Shown: in pieces, positions 1-8,948 of the stretch
Layout of the letters: the number at the start of each line of letters is the position of its first letter
Position numbering within the stretch: position 1 is the first letter of the stretch
Sequence record: DRR723986_5381
DNA: 28,476 nt
Reading direction: 5' to 3' (one strand)
Notes under the pieces: generated by a model
Seen by the model: only the letters and a program-made list of their open reading frames with translations
What the model was told of the DNA's origin: nothing
Database searches by the model: none
Program-made: the position numbers and the translations under genes

Positions 1-319
1 GGCTTTAAATAGAATTATTATCAATGAATATTCAAAATCATACCTGACTAAAGAAGTAGATAGTGAAAATACTGAAGGCTATTTTGTGGTATACAAACGC
101 TTGGTTAAACGTTTGAGTGAAATCATAAATAAGGTAAATGCAGACTATGAATTCCCTTCAAGCTTAGCAAGCACAATTGTAGAAGGTGCTCTGCATCAGC
201 ATTTTTTAAAAGCGCATTTTAGTTCTATTACCGACTGTGGACAGGATGTAACTCCAACACAGTTTTTTATCAATCTCACACAAAAAGTTTTAACAACGAC
301 AACAAATGGATCAAAATAG
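1..319 (+). CDS. 3' part of a probable TetR/AcrR-family transcriptional regulator (5' end outside the window)
   Basis: The frame is open from position 2 (ALNRIIINEYSKSYLTKEVDSENTEGYF...) to the stop at 319, so the ORF-track start at 86 is internal. The sequence resembles the C-terminal domain of the Bacteroidota TetR-like regulators that precede ABC/HlyD/TolC operons. The HTH is not visible. It overlaps the next start by 14 nt. Confidence 0.6.
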   Translation, partial: ALNRIIINEYSKSYLTKEVDSENTEGYFVVYKRLVKRLSEIINKVNADYEFPSSLASTIVEGALHQHFLKAHFSSITDCGQDVTPTQFFINLTQKVLTTTTNGSK

Positions 320-1967
320 ACCACACTTAACACCATGGCAACGTTTCATGGGTATATTAAGATTAGAGAAGAAGGATTTACTGCAGGTAATCTACTATGC
401 CGTTTTTTCTGGACTTATAAGTCTTACTTTACCTTTAGGAATACAAGCTATAATAAATTTAATACAAGGAGCTCAAGTAAGCACGTCATGGATTGTGCTT
501 GTTATTTTAGTGACTTTAGGCGTTGTATTTGTTGGAGTTCTACAGCTAATGCAAATGCGAATTATAGAAACCGTACAGCAACGTATTTTTATGCGTGCCT
601 CTTTTGAGTTTACGTATCGTTTTCCAAAAATAAAAATGAATGAGTTGCGAAACTTTTATCCGCCAGAATTAGCAAATCGTTTTTTTGATGTACTTACTGT
701 TCAAAAAGGATTAGCAAAATTGCTTATAGACGTACCAGCAGCAGTATTGCAAATCGTCTTTGCGTTGATACTTCTGTCCTTTTACCATCCATTTTTTATA
801 GCCTTTGGTGTACTTCTTATAGCCTTGATATATATAGTTTTTAAGTTCACTATTCAAAAAGGTATGCACACTAGCTTAATTGAGTCTAAGAAAAAGTATA
901 TGGTAGCACACTGGATTCAGGAGGTAGCAAGAGCAATTACAAGCTTTAAAATTTCTGGTAGAACATCATTAGCTCTTGAGAAAAATGACAAGTTAGTAGA
1001 TGGCTATTTAGAAGCAAGAGAGAGTCATTTTAAAATTTTAGTGATTCAGTTTGTACAGATGATTGGTTTTAAGGTGTTAGTAACTGCCGGTTTATTAATT
1101 ATTGGTGGGCTTTTAGTACTAAATCAAGAAATGAATATAGGACAATTTGTTGCTGCAGAGATTATTATTCTTTTAGTTATTGCATCAGTTGAAAAACTTA
1201 TTCTTGGTTTAGAATCCTTTTATGATGTGCTGACATCTCTAGAAAAAATGGGACAGGTGGTAGACAAAAAGTTAGAACCTCAAGACGGTATAAAAGTAGA
1301 GGATGCTGATAGTCTTAAAATAGAACTAGATAAGATAACTTTTGAAGTACCAAATAGATCAATTCCGATTTTAAATGATGTTTCGATGACAATCAATCCA
1401 TCGAGTCGTATTTTAATACAAGGTCCAAGTGGATCTGGCAAGTCGAGTTTATTGAGAATGATTTCAGGGATAATAAAGCCAACAAAGGGAAGAATATTTG
1501 TAAATGATGAGGCGCTTCAAAATTTACACCTTAATAATTATAGGTCTTGCTTAGGATTATCACTTGCAGAGGAGACTCCTTTTGAAGGAAGTATTAAGGA
1601 CAATCTTACACTAACAAATAAGAATATTACAGAGGCTGAAATAAATGAGGCGATTGAGATTGTTGGACTACGTAGTTACCTCAAAGAAACAGAAAGAGGA
1701 CTAGATACAATTATTTATCCAGAAGGAAAACAAATGTCTTTTACTGTTGCTAAGAAAATCATTCTGGCACGTGCCATTTTAAAGAAACCAAAAGTATTAG
1801 TATTAGAAGAGCCTTTAGAACACTTTGAGGCTACAGAAGCGATACGAATTATAAAAGTATTGACCGCTCCAGAAAATCCATGGGCTTTGATTGTTGCTAG
1901 TTTCAATAAAGATTGGACAAGCGGTTGTACTGATGTTATAACACTTAATAAAGGTGAAATTATTTAA
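306..1967 (+). CDS. Type I secretion/export ABC transporter (HlyB-like TMD plus NBD, no C39 peptidase domain, degenerate NBD)
   Basis: About six hydrophobic segments, MNIGQFVAAE motif, Walker A GPSGSGKSS, and a position directly upstream of HlyD and TolC genes. Confidence 0.9.
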   Translation: MDQNRPHLTPWQRFMGILRLEKKDLLQVIYYAVFSGLISLTLPLGIQAIINLIQGAQVSTSWIVLVILVTLGVVFVGVLQLMQMRIIETVQQRIFMRASFEFTYRFPKIKMNELRNFYPPELANRFFDVLTVQKGLAKLLIDVPAAVLQIVFALILLSFYHPFFIAFGVLLIALIYIVFKFTIQKGMHTSLIESKKKYMVAHWIQEVARAITSFKISGRTSLALEKNDKLVDGYLEARESHFKILVIQFVQMIGFKVLVTAGLLIIGGLLVLNQEMNIGQFVAAEIIILLVIASVEKLILGLESFYDVLTSLEKMGQVVDKKLEPQDGIKVEDADSLKIELDKITFEVPNRSIPILNDVSMTINPSSRILIQGPSGSGKSSLLRMISGIIKPTKGRIFVNDEALQNLHLNNYRSCLGLSLAEETPFEGSIKDNLTLTNKNITEAEINEAIEIVGLRSYLKETERGLDTIIYPEGKQMSFTVAKKIILARAILKKPKVLVLEEPLEHFEATEAIRIIKVLTAPENPWALIVASFNKDWTSGCTDVITLNKGEII

Positions 1968-1978
1968 AACTTACAGCT

Positions 1979-3331
1979 ATGTTGAATATATCTACAAATC
2001 CATTAAATAAAAAGGTTGATTTATCAGATTACAACTCTAGCAAGAGAGTTTTTGATAAGTCTTATTATAAATACTTTAATCGCTTTCTTGGAGCATTTGC
2101 CATTATTGGTTTCATTATCCTCTTTTTACCATGGACGCAGAATATTACCGGAAGAGGAAACGTAACAACACTTACGCCAGACCAAAGACCTCAGACCATT
2201 CAATCTCCGATTCCTGGAAGAATTGAACAATGGTTTGTTCTAGAAGGTGATTTTGTAGCCAAAGGTGATACTATAATGAAGATCTCTGAAATAAAAAGTG
2301 AGTATTTCGATCCTAATTTAGTACAACGTACAGCGCAGCAACGTGACGCCAAAGCTCAATCAGTTGGTTCTTATTCTGAAAAGGTGAAGGCATTGAATCG
2401 ACAGATTGCAGCATTAACTAATGAGCAGAGTTTAAAGTTAGAGCAGGCAAGAAATAAGTTAATGCAAGCTAATTTAAAAGTACAGAGTGATAGTATTGAT
2501 CTTGAAGCTGCAAAAACCAACAAACAAATTGCTCAGCGACAGTACGATCGTACAGTGACTTTAGAAAATGAAGGATTTAAGGCGACTAAGGATGTTGAAG
2601 ACAAGCGTCTTAAATTGAGAGAGACAGAGGCTAAGTTAATATCGCAAGAAAATAAACTGTTGGCAAGTAAGAATGAAGTGATTAATGCAACTGTTGAGAT
2701 ATCAAGAATTAACGCCTCTTATGCTGATAAAATCTCAAAAGCACAAAGTGATAAGTTTACAGCCCAGTCTAGTCAGTTTGATACAGAAGCACAGGTGACT
2801 AAATTAGATAATGCCTATTCTAATTATAAGTTACGAGATGACTTAAAGTATGTAAGAGCACCATATGATGGTTATATAAATAAAGCGTTACGTGGTGGTG
2901 TTGGTCAAACGTTTAAAGAGGGTGAAGCATTGGTAGGCATAATGCCAGCAAAAGTAGATTTAGCGGTAGAAACCTTTGTGGAGCCAATAGATTTACCATT
3001 ACTTCATATTGGTGAAAAAGTACGTGTTCAGTTTGATGGATGGCCTGCAATTGTTTTTAGTGGTTGGCCAAATGTCTCCTATGGTACTTATGGAGCAAAA
3101 GTAGTTGCTATAGAGAATTTTATTAGTGATAATGGTAGGTTCAGAGTTTTATTGGCGCCAGATGAAGAAGATCATGAGTGGCCAAAAGATATAAGAGCAG
3201 GTTCAGGTGCCTTTACAATGGCACTGTTAGATGATGTGCCAATTTGGTTTGAATTATGGCGAAAACTTAATGGATTCCCTCCAAATTATTATCAGCCGGA
3301 AAAAGCTGTAACACCTAAAAAGAAACATTAA
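1979..3331 (+). CDS. HlyD-family membrane fusion protein
   Basis: Single N-terminal TM segment, lipoyl half-motifs (IQSPIPGRIEQWFVLEGDFVAKGD; VRAPYDGYI), long coiled coil, and operon context. Confidence 0.92.
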   Translation: MLNISTNPLNKKVDLSDYNSSKRVFDKSYYKYFNRFLGAFAIIGFIILFLPWTQNITGRGNVTTLTPDQRPQTIQSPIPGRIEQWFVLEGDFVAKGDTIMKISEIKSEYFDPNLVQRTAQQRDAKAQSVGSYSEKVKALNRQIAALTNEQSLKLEQARNKLMQANLKVQSDSIDLEAAKTNKQIAQRQYDRTVTLENEGFKATKDVEDKRLKLRETEAKLISQENKLLASKNEVINATVEISRINASYADKISKAQSDKFTAQSSQFDTEAQVTKLDNAYSNYKLRDDLKYVRAPYDGYINKALRGGVGQTFKEGEALVGIMPAKVDLAVETFVEPIDLPLLHIGEKVRVQFDGWPAIVFSGWPNVSYGTYGAKVVAIENFISDNGRFRVLLAPDEEDHEWPKDIRAGSGAFTMALLDDVPIWFELWRKLNGFPPNYYQPEKAVTPKKKH

Positions 3332-4735
3332 ATGAGACTTAGATTTATTGTATTTTTTGTAGCGTTTAGCTTTGTAGGGTATGCTCAAACTGATGCATTA
3401 ACCAATGTGCTGCGTTTTGATGAATACTTAGGATTTGTAAAGAAATTTCATCCCATAGTCAAACAGGCAGAGTTAGTCATAGACGAGAGTCAGGCTAAGT
3501 TAATGAAGTCACGTGGTGCTTTTGATCCAAAGCTTGAAGTAGATTATGACCGTAAAAAATTTAAAGGAACAGAATACTTTGATAGGCTCAATGGAACTTT
3601 TAAAATTCCAACTTGGTTTGGTGTAGAACTTAAAGCTCAATTTGAAGAGAATACAGGTGATTTTCTTAATCCTGAAGCATTTGTGCCAGAAGATGGGCTT
3701 TATAGCGCAGGTGTTATGGTACCCTTAGGACAGGGATTGTTAATAAATAATAGGATGGCAGCTTTAAAACAAGCACGCTTGTTTAGAGAGCAAGCCAAAG
3801 CAGATAGAGATATCTATGTCAATAATATCTTGTTTGAAGCGTCATTAGTTTATTTTAGATGGTTGCGAGCTTATAATGAGTTGAAATTGTTTGAAAACTT
3901 TTTGGTGAATGCAGAATTGCGTTTCCAAGGAATACAACGTGGAGTAGAAGTAGGTGAAAATGCTCGTATAGATGCAACGGAAGCACGTATAGCTGTAAAT
4001 AATAGAAAATTAGGACTAGAACAATCTAAAGTAAAGTTATTAAAAGCTGCCTTAGAACTTTCTAATTTTTTGTGGTTAGATAATAATGTTCCTTTAGAAC
4101 TGCAGCCAAATGTAGTGCCAGATGTGAATACGGAGCCAATTGTAGATGCGACATTTAATATCAATCAACTGAGAAGTGATGAAACTATTATAGAGGAGCA
4201 TCCAAAAATTTTATCATTAGGTTATAAGTTAGAAGGATTAGAAGTTGACACACGATTAAAGGCTAATAAATTATTACCTCGAATCGATGTAGAATATAAT
4301 TTTTTAACCCAAACACCTGAGATTGCAAGAAGTTTAAATACGGCGCAGTATAAAGGTGGTTTTAATGTTAGTTTCCCATTATTTTTGAGAAAAGAACGTG
4401 GCGATTTAAAATTGGCTAGATTAAAAATGCAAGACACAGAATTTGAGCTAGATGCTACGCGTGTTAATCTTCAGAACAAGATTAATGCTTTAAAGCAAGA
4501 GCTTCAATCTTATGTTGCACAAAATGAAATTACCAATCAAATGGTTTCAGATTATCAACGTATGTTACAATCTGAGGAGCGAAAATTCGAATTAGGTGAA
4601 AGTTCATTGTTCCTGGTAAATTCACGAGAGTCAAAGCTAATTGATGGGCAGTTAAAAGCGATTGAAATTCAAAATAAATTCTTTAACACTAAAGCTAAGC
4701 TTTTTAATAGTTTGGCTGTAAATCCTGAATTATAA
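3332..4735 (+). CDS. TolC-family outer membrane efflux protein
   Basis: Signal peptide, OEP-like repeats (VSFPLF; EERKFELGESSLFLVNSRE), and a start directly abutting the HlyD stop (TAAATG). Confidence 0.9.
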   Translation: MRLRFIVFFVAFSFVGYAQTDALTNVLRFDEYLGFVKKFHPIVKQAELVIDESQAKLMKSRGAFDPKLEVDYDRKKFKGTEYFDRLNGTFKIPTWFGVELKAQFEENTGDFLNPEAFVPEDGLYSAGVMVPLGQGLLINNRMAALKQARLFREQAKADRDIYVNNILFEASLVYFRWLRAYNELKLFENFLVNAELRFQGIQRGVEVGENARIDATEARIAVNNRKLGLEQSKVKLLKAALELSNFLWLDNNVPLELQPNVVPDVNTEPIVDATFNINQLRSDETIIEEHPKILSLGYKLEGLEVDTRLKANKLLPRIDVEYNFLTQTPEIARSLNTAQYKGGFNVSFPLFLRKERGDLKLARLKMQDTEFELDATRVNLQNKINALKQELQSYVAQNEITNQMVSDYQRMLQSEERKFELGESSLFLVNSRESKLIDGQLKAIEIQNKFFNTKAKLFNSLAVNPEL

Positions 4736-4768
4736 ATAGTATTTTTACAGTGTATATTAATAGACACT

Positions 4769-6121
4769 ATGAACGTACATTTTATTGCTATTGGTGGTGC
4801 GGCAATGCATAATTTAGCCATAGCACTTCATAATAAAGGTTATAAAGTAACAGGAAGCGATGATATCATTTTCGATCCTTCAAAATCTCGATTAGAACAA
4901 AGAGGATTATTACCAGAATCCTTCGGTTGGTTTCCAGAAAAAATTACCTCAGACTTAGACGCTATCGTTTTAGGAATGCATGCAAAAGCAGACAATCCTG
5001 AATTACTAAAAGCGCAGGAATTAGGACTTAAAATTTATAGCTATCCTGAATTTTTATATGAGCAGGCTAAAGATAAAACCAGAGTAGTAATTGGTGGAAG
5101 TCACGGAAAGACAACAATTACATCAATGATTTTACATGTTATGCACTATCATGACAGAGATGTGGATTATATGGTTGGAGCACAGCTCCAAGGTTTTGAT
5201 GTCATGGTAAAGCTAACTGAGAACAATGACTTTATGGTTTTAGAAGGTGATGAGTATTTGAGTTCACCTATTGATATGCGACCAAAGTTTCATTTGTACA
5301 AACCTAATATTGCCTTGTTAAGCGGTATTGCTTGGGATCATATAAATGTATTTCCAACCTATGAGAATTATGTAGAGCAGTTTAGCATTTTTGTAGATTC
5401 TATTGTAAGAGGTGGCAGCATTAATTATAATGAAGAAGATGAAGAAGTAAAGCGTGTTGTTGAAGCTTCAGAAAACCAAATTAGAAAAATTGCCTATCGC
5501 ACTCCAGAATATAGCGTTGAAGATGGTGAAACCCTATTAGAAACGCCAGAAGGAGCAATGCCGATAGAAGTATTTGGAGCTCATAATTTGAATAATTTGG
5601 CAGGAGCTAAATGGATTTGCCAGCATATGGGTATAGATGAAGACGATTTCTATGAAGCGATTTCTACGTTTAAAGGAGCAAGTAAGCGCTTAGAAAAAAT
5701 TGCTGAGACTTCTAAAAGTGTGGCCTATAAAGATTTTGCCCACTCACCAAGTAAGGTGGAAGCCACAACAAATGCTGTTAAGGAACAATATAGTAATAGA
5801 ACTCTAGTTGCTTGTTTAGAATTACATACTTACAGTAGTCTTAATGCAGAATTTTTAAAAGAATACAAAGGTGCTTTAGATGCAGCAGATGTTGCTGTAG
5901 TATTTTACTCTCCGCATGCGGTTGAGATTAAAAAGCTGGAAGAAGTAACTCATGAGCAAATCGCAAATGCGTTTGAGCGTGATGACTTAATTATTTATAC
6001 CAATCCAGAAGATTTTAAAAACTTCTTATTTTCTCAAAATTTTGAAAACAAATCACTGCTCTTAATGAGTTCTGGTAATTATGGTGGATTGGATTTTGAT
6101 GAGGTTAAGGGACTTTTTTAG
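4769..6121 (+). CDS. mpl: Murein peptide ligase Mpl (MurC-like Mur ligase)
   Basis: HFIAIGGAAMHNLA N-terminus, GSHGKTT P-loop, EGDEY, WDHINVF, DFAHSP, and a C-terminal MSSGNYGG. It lies outside the dcw cluster, which favours Mpl over MurC. Confidence 0.82.
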   Translation: MNVHFIAIGGAAMHNLAIALHNKGYKVTGSDDIIFDPSKSRLEQRGLLPESFGWFPEKITSDLDAIVLGMHAKADNPELLKAQELGLKIYSYPEFLYEQAKDKTRVVIGGSHGKTTITSMILHVMHYHDRDVDYMVGAQLQGFDVMVKLTENNDFMVLEGDEYLSSPIDMRPKFHLYKPNIALLSGIAWDHINVFPTYENYVEQFSIFVDSIVRGGSINYNEEDEEVKRVVEASENQIRKIAYRTPEYSVEDGETLLETPEGAMPIEVFGAHNLNNLAGAKWICQHMGIDEDDFYEAISTFKGASKRLEKIAETSKSVAYKDFAHSPSKVEATTNAVKEQYSNRTLVACLELHTYSSLNAEFLKEYKGALDAADVAVVFYSPHAVEIKKLEEVTHEQIANAFERDDLIIYTNPEDFKNFLFSQNFENKSLLLMSSGNYGGLDFDEVKGLF

Positions 6122-6283
6122 AATTGTAGCTGTCTTTAGTGATATGAGTCCGTTTCAATGACTTATATCAGGCGATAGCTAAGTTCGTTGAAAAATACGA
6201 GAAAGTCAAACTGAATGCTCTGATTAAACATACCTAAAATCAATTATGTATTCCTTAATTAAAAATTGTTGAGACTTCAATTT

Positions 6284-6319
6284 GGTAATTACGGTGGTTT
6301 GGATTTTGATGAGGTAAAA
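6284..6319 (+). repeat. Diverged direct repeat of mpl codons at 6074-6109 (GNYGGLDFDEVK)
   Basis: ggtaattacggtggtttggattttgatgaggtaaaa versus ggtaattatggtggattggattttgatgaggttaag: 32/36 identical, offset 210 bp. Confidence 0.9.
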
Positions 6320-6337
6320 AGGTATTCAAAAGTTTTG

Positions 6338-7011
6338 TTAGTCTAATTTTTCACAGTCTTTAGGTATTACTATTCTCTTATCAATTCCAACAAAGTTTAT
6401 CAATTTTTCTGAACTATGTGCTTCACCATCTGCAGATATATGTTTTTTTTCAATATAAATCCCACTTGGAATAGATTTTATATTAATCCATTTTTCAAAT
6501 TCTGTTGGATGTATCAAAATAGGTAAATGAAAACTTGAATACTCATCAATTATATAAATATTTGTACCAATGTTTTTCCTTTTTCTTTTTCTTAATTTCA
6601 GATTACTTTTAAACTTATAAGCAGAATACTTTTTTTTATTGACTATAGTATCTCTTGTATAAATATAATCGTACTGCTTGGCTACCTCTTTATAAAGGTT
6701 CTTATAAAATCTAATATTATTACATTTCAAATTTATTAATTCGCTTTTGCTTAATTCTTTTTTATTGATAATGACATCTGAATGAATTTTATCATGATGC
6801 CAAAAAAGCATTCTATAGTTAAGACTATCTTTAGATGTGAGCATCACATAATAACTGTTATCTTTTGAATTTGTTAGGTAGATTATTTTTTTGTCAGGGA
6901 ATCTTCTTTGAAAAATGTTTTTTCGTACTCAATAGCATAATCAAAGCTGTAGTTTTTTTGGGCATAATATACTGAATAATGTAAAAGAAATATCATTAAT
7001 AATTTATTCAT
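6338..7011 (-). pseudogene. Secreted hypothetical protein split by a 1-nt frameshift in an A7 tract
   Basis: ATG at 7011 gives MNKLLMIFLLHYSVYYAQKNYSFDYAIEYEK... (signal-peptide-like), stopping at 6883 just after the A7 run (T7 at 6886-6892 on +). One extra A reads ...LTKKIIYLTNSKDNSYYVMLTSKD... into ORF 6338..6847, about 224 aa in total. Confidence 0.75.
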
Positions 7012-7030
7012 CTGTGATTGATTTAAATTG

Positions 7031-8875
7031 CTATAAACTCTCAACAAATTCCTTAAACACGGCTTTATGCTTGTCTAAATCTAAATCTGGTGATACTGCG
7101 ACTCTTGCAATATAATCCTTATCACCTTCTTTGGTTGTGCCTTGTGTTGAGGTTGCGGGTATGGTCCAGTAACAACCCTTTAATTGCCCATAACTCACAC
7201 AATACTTACTTTCATTTGGGATTTCGGTAATCATTAAGTTAATTAACTTATGATTTAGTTTACGCTTGTATGTTTCACGTTCTTCTGCTGTATTTCCTTT
7301 TGTTGGTAGGTCTAATGAAAATACTGATGGTGTAAAACCTTGTGTTGCCAATTCTTCAGACACAAAATTGATTTTTGCATTTGGTAAGGTCGCTTCAATA
7401 TAGTTAACAAACTCACGTGTGTTTTTGTAAGCATCTTGTATACGTTGTAGCATCGTAGGCATTTGTTGTGCTAGTATTTCATATTGTAAATCGGTAGCCT
7501 CATTATCACAGAGTAATAGGTGCTTTTCAATTTTAGGCATTAGCTCAAAGGCTTTTTCATTAGATAAGCAATAGCCTGCTGTGCATCTGCCACCACTAGG
7601 AAATTTAGAACCACTCACATAGGCAATAGTTTTTACAGAAGACAATAAACTATCGGCACTTAAAAATTGTAGGTTAGGGCAGAAGGTCTGATCTAAAATA
7701 AAAACAGGAGCCACAGCTTCTTGATGAGCAGCAGTTTGTCGCTCTTTAGTCAACACTGCTTTTAGTTGTTCCATATCAGGCACTTCAACGCGCGGATTGG
7801 TTGGTATTTCAGCAATGATGTATGGTACAGCATCTGCATTGGCAACTTCGTCTAATACGGTCTCTAAACTTGTTACCATATCGTTATCGCCATCGACTTG
7901 CAAGTCTACAATTTCAACATGGTCTAAACATGCAGCTACACGCCTCGCTTGGTCGTTGGTTCCACCATAACAGTTAGTTGGGACAATAAATCGTATTGGT
8001 TTCCCTTGATGTTGGTCTTGAGCCTCATCAATTAATCCCATCATAATGGCATACTGCACTGATAATCCGCTAGAGCCTACTAATACCATTGATTCGGTTT
8101 TATTAATAGCTTTAATAATAGTAGTTACCTTAGTTTTATTAATGTTTGATGTAATATGCTTTGAATTGCTAGTCGTTTCTTTAACCATGGCGTTTAAAGC
8201 CGTCTTACAATCAGCAGGTGTCATGGCAATTGTTTCTCTACGTCTTACATGCTGAATATCTGAGATGTATTTACTATTGTGCTCGCCATTAATAATTATT
8301 ACACTACCTAAATTGTCGTATACGTTGACAACAAAATCAATTTCAGGTTTTAAGAAGGTGCTGTCGAATTGCTTCTCTTCAGAAATGAGGATAGTGCTAC
8401 CATTAAACTCAGATATTTCACTAAGAGTTTTAACTTTCTTTAGTTCAAAATTATAGCCGTAGACGTGTTTTATTGTTTCGGCATTAAATGATTTGGGTAG
8501 GTTATTGGTGTAAATAATTTGTGTCTTTTTATTATTGAGTAAGTTGGTTCTAAGAACTGCCAATAATGGTGCCGTTTGGGAAGAAAAACTAATAACCTGC
8601 TCTGGTTTTAAGTTAGATAATTTTGCAATAGTCCATTCTAACACACACGACAAAGGGTGACCTAAACGAATATAATCGTAGGCTGTTGGTAAAACCTCTA
8701 GTGCAGATGAATCTGGCGTATTTCCCTCAAAAAGAGTTTCAAATTGTTCTAGAAATTGCGTTTTAGCCAAAGGTTCATGATATATGTCCAAGCGATGTGT
8801 TGTGAGAAATAGCCAGTCTTTAGGGATGTTTTCTAAAACGTTTTTTATATATCTAAGCAGATTTTTATTTGGCAT
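7031..8875 (-). CDS. Cys/Met metabolism PLP-dependent enzyme family protein (cystathionine gamma-synthase/lyase fold) with long N-terminal extension
   Basis: SSGLS, YGGT, EIPTNP, LDQTF and SGSKFPSGG (candidate PLP Lys424) motifs in the C-terminal ~350 aa; 614 aa in total. Confidence 0.8.
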   Translation of the reverse strand: MPNKNLLRYIKNVLENIPKDWLFLTTHRLDIYHEPLAKTQFLEQFETLFEGNTPDSSALEVLPTAYDYIRLGHPLSCVLEWTIAKLSNLKPEQVISFSSQTAPLLAVLRTNLLNNKKTQIIYTNNLPKSFNAETIKHVYGYNFELKKVKTLSEISEFNGSTILISEEKQFDSTFLKPEIDFVVNVYDNLGSVIIINGEHNSKYISDIQHVRRRETIAMTPADCKTALNAMVKETTSNSKHITSNINKTKVTTIIKAINKTESMVLVGSSGLSVQYAIMMGLIDEAQDQHQGKPIRFIVPTNCYGGTNDQARRVAACLDHVEIVDLQVDGDNDMVTSLETVLDEVANADAVPYIIAEIPTNPRVEVPDMEQLKAVLTKERQTAAHQEAVAPVFILDQTFCPNLQFLSADSLLSSVKTIAYVSGSKFPSGGRCTAGYCLSNEKAFELMPKIEKHLLLCDNEATDLQYEILAQQMPTMLQRIQDAYKNTREFVNYIEATLPNAKINFVSEELATQGFTPSVFSLDLPTKGNTAEERETYKRKLNHKLINLMITEIPNESKYCVSYGQLKGCYWTIPATSTQGTTKEGDKDYIARVAVSPDLDLDKHKAVFKEFVESL

Positions 8876-8948
8876 ATGTGGTAAATTCTAAATGTATGGT
8901 AAAGATACATTAGTTGGTTTTTCTCAGAAAACTTCCGCAATTGTTTTA

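Noticed and set aside
335..4437. Short alternative-frame or antisense ORFs 335..607, 1715..1906, 3871..4164 and 4222..4437
   Set aside because: They lie wholly inside well-supported genes and show no recognisable motifs, so they are shadow ORFs.
6074..6319. mpl-tail repeat as a CRISPR or integron attC array
   Set aside because: There are only two copies, the unit is protein-coding sequence with no palindrome, and no cas or intI gene is present.
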